43,904 nucleotides of DNA from Myxococcota bacterium (GTDB lineage Bacteria; Myxococcota_A; Polyangia; Polyangiales; Sandaracinaceae): positions 1-43,904 of the forward strand of contig JAYZQJ010000185.1 of NCBI GenBank assembly GCA_036149055.1, in the 5' to 3' direction. Numbering within the stretch: the stretch's first letter is position 1; each line of letters opens with the position of its first letter. Both the position numbers and the translations under genes were made by a program. Below, in pieces: positions 37,425 to 43,904 of this stretch. The notes under the pieces are model-generated. The model did not search any database. It was not told where the DNA came from and was given only the letters and a program-made list of their open reading frames with translations.

Positions 37425-38603
37425 ATGACAACCCGCCTCGTCACCGCCCACGCCCAGGGCGACGCCGCCCAGGCCGCGGCCACCCTCGTCGACTCGCTCC
37501 GGAGCCAGCTCGACGGCGCGTCACCGGCCCTGGTGATGTTCTTCGCCTCGACCGATCAGCCGGTGGAAGCGCTGGCGCCCGCGCTCACCGAGGCGTTCGC
37601 CGACGCGGCGGTGCTCGGCAGCTCCACCGCCGGCGAGTTCACCGAGCGCGGCGACGCGAAGCGCTCGGTGGTGGCGGTGGCGGTGGCCGGCGACTTCGTC
37701 GTGCACGGGGGCCTCGGGACCGCGCTCGCGGCGAGCGCCGACGAGGCCGTGAAGGCGGCGGTCGAGGGCATCCCGGCCACGGTCGAGGGCTACCCGCACC
37801 GCACGGGGCTGCTCCTGCTCGACCCGCTCGCCGGCAACGGGGAGGAGGCGACCCTCATCACCGCCGCCTACCTCGGAGACGACATCCGGCTCGCCGGGGG
37901 CGCGGCCGGCGACGACCTCGCGATGAAGCGCACCGTCGTGAGCTACGGCGCCCGGGCGGAGGACGACGCCATCGTCGCCGCGGTCGTGTTCAGCAAGGCG
38001 CCGCTCGGCGTCGGCGTCTGCCACGGCCACCGGCCGATCAGCGAGCCCCTCGAGGTGACCCGCGCCGAGGGCGGGGTCGTGCACGAGGTCGAGGGCCGCC
38101 CGGCGTGGGAGATCTGGGCCGAGCACACCCGAGAGGCCGCGGCCGCGGTCGGCCTCGATCCCGATACCCTCGGCGAAGACGAGGTCGGGGGCTTCCTGCT
38201 CCGCTACGAGGCGGGGCTGGCGAGCGGCGACGAGTACAAGATCCGTGCGCCGCTGAGCCGGAACCCGGACGGCTCGCTGGGCATGGCCTGCGGCATCCCG
38301 CAGGGCGCCCGGATCCGGATCACCGAGAGCGTGCCCGAGCGTCAGATCGAGAGCGCGCGCACCGCGGCCAAGCGCGCCCGGGCCCAGCTCGGCACCGACG
38401 CGGCGGGGGCCATCGTCTTCGACTGCATCTGCCGGAACCTCATCCTCAGCGAGCGCTTCGAGCAGGCGGTCGCGGGCATCTCGGAGGAGCTGGGCGGCGT
38501 GCCGCTCGCCGGCTTCGAGACCTACGGCGAGATCGCGCTCGACGCCGGCGACCTCTCCGGCTTCCACAACACCACGACCGTGGTCCTGGCCTTCCCCGGT
38601 TGA
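37425..38603 (+). CDS. Stand-alone FIST (NosP-like) sensory domain protein
   Basis: GSSTAGEF, AGGAAGDD, HGH.PIS....VTRAEG, FDCICR, AGFETYGEI and FHNTTTV. Confidence 0.88.
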   Translation: MTTRLVTAHAQGDAAQAAATLVDSLRSQLDGASPALVMFFASTDQPVEALAPALTEAFADAAVLGSSTAGEFTERGDAKRSVVAVAVAGDFVVHGGLGTALAASADEAVKAAVEGIPATVEGYPHRTGLLLLDPLAGNGEEATLITAAYLGDDIRLAGGAAGDDLAMKRTVVSYGARAEDDAIVAAVVFSKAPLGVGVCHGHRPISEPLEVTRAEGGVVHEVEGRPAWEIWAEHTREAAAAVGLDPDTLGEDEVGGFLLRYEAGLASGDEYKIRAPLSRNPDGSLGMACGIPQGARIRITESVPERQIESARTAAKRARAQLGTDAAGAIVFDCICRNLILSERFEQAVAGISEELGGVPLAGFETYGEIALDAGDLSGFHNTTTVVLAFPG

Positions 38604-38667
38604 CGGGCCGTCGGGGGGACTCACCTGGATCGACGACGATCTTCCGCGGGGGGAGATCGAGGCAGCT

Positions 38668-38904
38668 TTGAGCGACACCACCATCGACATCGACCGACTC
38701 TGGAAGCTCCTGTCCCATACCGTGGGACAGGAGAAGGCCGAGCTGGCGGTGCGCAGCGCCGCCAACGAAATCGGCCTCTCCCGCCGACCCGCCCTCACCT
38801 TCGACGAAGCCCTCGCCGTCCTCGAGAAGGTCGCCGAGACCCCCGGCATCGTCGGCGTCACCGCCCGCTTCGCCAAGTCCCGCCTCCACCTGGCCGCGAG
38901 CTAG
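38668..38904 (+). CDS. Small helical hypothetical protein (78 aa)
   Basis: TTG start after a GAGG RBS-like sequence, host-like codon usage, same strand as and just downstream of FIST. Confidence 0.7.
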   Translation: MSDTTIDIDRLWKLLSHTVGQEKAELAVRSAANEIGLSRRPALTFDEALAVLEKVAETPGIVGVTARFAKSRLHLAAS

Positions 38905-38993
38905 GAGGCCGCCAGCTAGGAGGGGGGGACGGAGTGAACTTGCGAACTTACGTAGGCCGTCGACCTACAAAGCCTGCCCGCCGCTGACCCCTA

Positions 38994-39932
38994 TCACTGC
39001 TGACTCGTCCAGCCGTCGAACACCGGCACCGGCTCGCGGCGGTAGCCCTCCCCGACGAAGACCGGCAGCGCCGCCCGACGCACCTCGAACCGCGCCTCCG
39101 CGAACCGCCCGAGCAGCTCCCCGTCGACGTTGGCGAGCATCGGCGGATCCACTCGCAGCGCCAGGTCGGACCCGAGGTGATGCCGCACCCTCGGATCCGA
39201 CAGCGTCTGCCCGCTCCGCAGCCGCGCCGCGGTCGTCGCCAGCTGCACCGGGCTGCCCTCCTCCACGAAGGTGACGTCCAGCAGCCCGTCCTCCAGGTCC
39301 GCGGTCGGCGCCACCACCACGCCGCCGCCGCAGGTCCGCGCGTTGGCCACCGTCACCCCGACGCAGCGCGACCGGGCGACCAGCGAGCCGGCCACGAAGA
39401 GCTGCACGTCGTGGAGTGGCAGGTCCGAGAGCACCTCGAGCGCGCCGCCCACGTAGGCGAGCGTGCCCCAGGTCCGCTTCGCCTCGTCCTCGAGCACCCG
39501 GTCGACCTCGCCGGCGAAGCCCCAGGCGGACACGTTGATCATCCACCGGGCCGCCGACTCGCTCGTGAACCGGCCGACGTCGATGCGGCGCACCCGCCCG
39601 CCTTCGATCGCCTCCAGCGCCGCCATCGGATCCACGCCCAGCCCGAGCGAGCGCGCCAGATCGTTGCCCGTCCCCATCGGCAGCACCCCGAGCACCGGCC
39701 CGCCGCCGGCCTCGAGGAGCCCCCGCGCCACCGTGTGCACGGTTCCGTCCCCGCCCGCGGCCAGCACTCGCTCCGCGCCCCGCGCGCACGCCTCCTTCGC
39801 GAAGCGCACCCCGTCGGCCGCGTCCTCACAGGCCAGCCAGCGCCAGCCTCGTCCCTCCGCCGCCGCGCGCAGCTCGTCCCCCGCGTCCGCGCTCCCAGCC
39901 CGCGGGTTGGCGATCACCCAGGTGTCGGTCAC
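38994..39932 (-). CDS. Diacylglycerol/lipid kinase family protein (YegS/BmrU-like)
   Basis: IANPRAG, AAGGDGT, LPMGTGNDLARSLG, IDVG, N...CGGG, DGLLDV and NVDGE. This is the C-terminal part of track ORF 38994..43898, with GTG start at 39932. Confidence 0.9.
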   Translation of the reverse strand: MTDTWVIANPRAGSADAGDELRAAAEGRGWRWLACEDAADGVRFAKEACARGAERVLAAGGDGTVHTVARGLLEAGGGPVLGVLPMGTGNDLARSLGLGVDPMAALEAIEGGRVRRIDVGRFTSESAARWMINVSAWGFAGEVDRVLEDEAKRTWGTLAYVGGALEVLSDLPLHDVQLFVAGSLVARSRCVGVTVANARTCGGGVVVAPTADLEDGLLDVTFVEEGSPVQLATTAARLRSGQTLSDPRVRHHLGSDLALRVDPPMLANVDGELLGRFAEARFEVRRAALPVFVGEGYRREPVPVFDGWTSQQ

Positions 39933-39970
39933 CCCGTGAATACAGCCCCCGCCGAGGCCTCCGGAAGGCC

Positions 39971-40783
39971 TCAAGCGTCGCGCGCGCCGAGCGCGTCGTC
40001 GGCCAGCGCGCGCACCCGGGGCAGCCCGAGCACGACCAGGACCTCGAGCATCTCGTCGTCGATCGCGGCCATCGCCTTCAGCGCCGCCGCGCGGTCGGTC
40101 TCCGCGAGGGCCACCGCCTTCAGCACCCGGGCCTCGAGCTCGAGGTGGCGGTCGCCGTCGCTCTCCTGGCGCACCTCGTCGGCCACGATCAGCGCCTCTT
40201 CGCGCTCGCCGCGCTCGACGTGGACCAGACCGCGCGCGAGCCGGACCCGCAGATCCACGTCGCGAACCCCGGTCGCCCCGCCGATCGCGTCGAGCGCGTC
40301 GGCCGCTCCGTCCGGATCCCCCGCGCTCAGGTGCGCGATGGCTCGGGCGTGCAGCGTCGCCCCGCGGAGCGCGTCCGGCAGCCGGGCGAGCGCCACCTCG
40401 GAGAGCGCCTCGAGCGCCCGGTCGGTCTCGCCCTCCGCCTCGAGCAGCTCCGCGAGCACCAGCGTCAGCCGCGCGTGATCTTCGGCGTGCTTCGGGTTCT
40501 CGGGCTGACGAAGCGCGCGCTCCGCCTCGATCTCGCGCATCGCCTCCGGCCGCTTCTCTGGCACCAGCAGCGCCTCGGCCCAGCGATCGGCCCGCGCGTC
40601 CTCGGCCCGGGCCCGCCGGATGCGCACCGCCCGGAAGCCGATCCACGCCGCGACCCCGAGCCCGGCCACCAGGAAGACCACCCAGCCGAGGCCCTGGGGC
40701 TCGAGCCAGCGGAAGCCGAGGTAGGCCGCCGCCGCCACCGTGAGCAGGCGGAGCATCCGCAGCAGCAGGGCCTTCGCGCGCAT
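39971..40783 (-). CDS. Membrane protein with a TPR-like helical C-terminal region
   Basis: Two N-terminal TM helices, then LAELLEAEGETDRAL / ARAIAHLSAGDPDGA TPR-like repeats. Confidence 0.7.
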   Translation of the reverse strand: MRAKALLLRMLRLLTVAAAAYLGFRWLEPQGLGWVVFLVAGLGVAAWIGFRAVRIRRARAEDARADRWAEALLVPEKRPEAMREIEAERALRQPENPKHAEDHARLTLVLAELLEAEGETDRALEALSEVALARLPDALRGATLHARAIAHLSAGDPDGAADALDAIGGATGVRDVDLRVRLARGLVHVERGEREEALIVADEVRQESDGDRHLELEARVLKAVALAETDRAAALKAMAAIDDEMLEVLVVLGLPRVRALADDALGARDA

Positions 40784-40874
40784 CGCCCGCGACCATACCC
40801 CGAGCGCCGGATGCCGCCAGGACGCTGTCAGGAGACCGGGTGCGCGCCCCCACGCGCGGCGCTAAGTCAGCCCG

Positions 40875-42914
<2,040 letters not shown>

Positions 42915-42983
42915 AGGGGACGTCCCGGCCGGGTCACGGCCGCGGGCGTTGAACCGCGGCTCATCTCGTCTAAGAGTCGGGCC

Positions 42984-43904
42984 ATGCGATCCGCGTCCGT
43001 CCTCGCCTGCGTGGCCCTCCTGGCCCTCGGCTGCACCCTCGACCGGAGCGGCCTGCGGGCGACGGGCGCCGACGCGGGCGATCGCCTGGACGCGGGGCGC
43101 TTCGACGGCGGAGGACGCGACGCCGGGGAGAGGCCCGACGGCGCGATGATGCGCCCGGACGGCGGGCGCCCCGACGCCCAGGTCGACGGCGGCGCGGACG
43201 ACGCCGGTCTGCTCGACGGCGGCACGGGCGACGCGGGCACGATGGACGCGGGCGGCGACGCGGGGCCCGAGGACGGCGGCCTCGACGGGGGCGGCGACTC
43301 CGGCATCAGCTGCCTCCCGAGCCCGCCGAGCTGCGCGGGTGACGACCGCATCGCCTGCGAGATGGGCGCGGTCGTGCGCACCACCTGTCGCCTCGGCTGC
43401 GCGTCCGGCGCCTGCCGCGTACTCCTGCCCAGCAACGTCGGCGCCCGGGTCGCGATGGACGCCGGAGACGCGGTGGTCTCGCTCGCTGGCCCCGACCCGG
43501 TGGTCTTCGACACCGGCGACGGCTCGATCGTACAGGGCGCCACCGTGATCCGCGAGGCCTCCGACGGCGAAGGGCGGGACCCCGACTCGGGCATCTACTA
43601 CGCCCGCCTCGACCCGAGCGCGCCGACCGGGGCGCCCCTCGGGGTGTTCGTGATGCGCTCGCTGTCGCTCGCCTCGGGCACCACGCTGCGCGGCGTCGGG
43701 GCTCGCGCGCTGGTGCTCCTGGTGAGCGACGACGCGGTCCTCGACGGCCGGGTCGACGTCAGCACCGACGGCCAGGGCGGCGGGCCCGGCGGCGACGGGG
43801 GCGGCGGCGACCGGAGCGGCGGCGGCGGGCCCGGCGGCGGCGGCGGCGGATCCGACGGCTCGGGCAACGACGACGCCGGCGGCGGCGGCGGCGGACACGG
43901 CTCG
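42984..43904 (+). CDS. Secreted Gly/Asp-rich lipoprotein, 3'-truncated by the window
   Basis: ATG at 42984: MRSASVLACVALLALGC lipobox, DAG/DGG-rich linker, Cys cluster, LLPSN, then a Gly-rich GGPGG region with no stop before the window end. Not in the ORF track. Confidence 0.8.
   Translation, partial: MRSASVLACVALLALGCTLDRSGLRATGADAGDRLDAGRFDGGGRDAGERPDGAMMRPDGGRPDAQVDGGADDAGLLDGGTGDAGTMDAGGDAGPEDGGLDGGGDSGISCLPSPPSCAGDDRIACEMGAVVRTTCRLGCASGACRVLLPSNVGARVAMDAGDAVVSLAGPDPVVFDTGDGSIVQGATVIREASDGEGRDPDSGIYYARLDPSAPTGAPLGVFVMRSLSLASGTTLRGVGARALVLLVSDDAVLDGRVDVSTDGQGGGPGGDGGGGDRSGGGGPGGGGGGSDGSGNDDAGGGGGGHGS

Noticed and set aside
38898..38970. Short direct repeat agctaggagg x2 and a small gtagg/cctac hairpin between convergent genes
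   Set aside because: Too short and weak to call a terminator or REP with confidence, and I saw no other copies in the window.

Overview
Very GC-rich chromosomal window that looks myxobacterial (Polyangiales/Sandaracinaceae-like; inferred from gene content and codon bias, not from a database search). It is mostly core and housekeeping genes: aguA-aguB, thiE, gdhA, uppS-cdsA, bioF-bioD, an acyl-CoA dehydrogenase, tRNA-Ala(CGC), thrS, serC and uvrB. These are mixed with signalling and envelope genes: a receiver-PilZ protein, an NtrY-like kinase, a hybrid PAS kinase, a FIST protein, an Omp85 protein, a HEAT-cyclophilin and a 1750-aa TPR protein. The most notable signals are ones the ORF track does not show. 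(i) Five parS-like palindromes lie between 21.1 and 25.0 kb, suggesting the chromosomal centromere region, and nearby genes have relaxed codon usage. (ii) Two ~1 kb non-coding clusters of one repeat family, built from 8-nt tandem units in inverted arms, lie at 16.1-17.1 kb and 22.6-23.8 kb; the second is bracketed by parS sites. (iii) The 5' end of a probable HUH/Y1 (RAYT-like) transposase sits at the left edge behind a sigma54-type promoter. (iv) A Fic protein has a non-canonical active site. Start codons were chosen by eye and several are uncertain.
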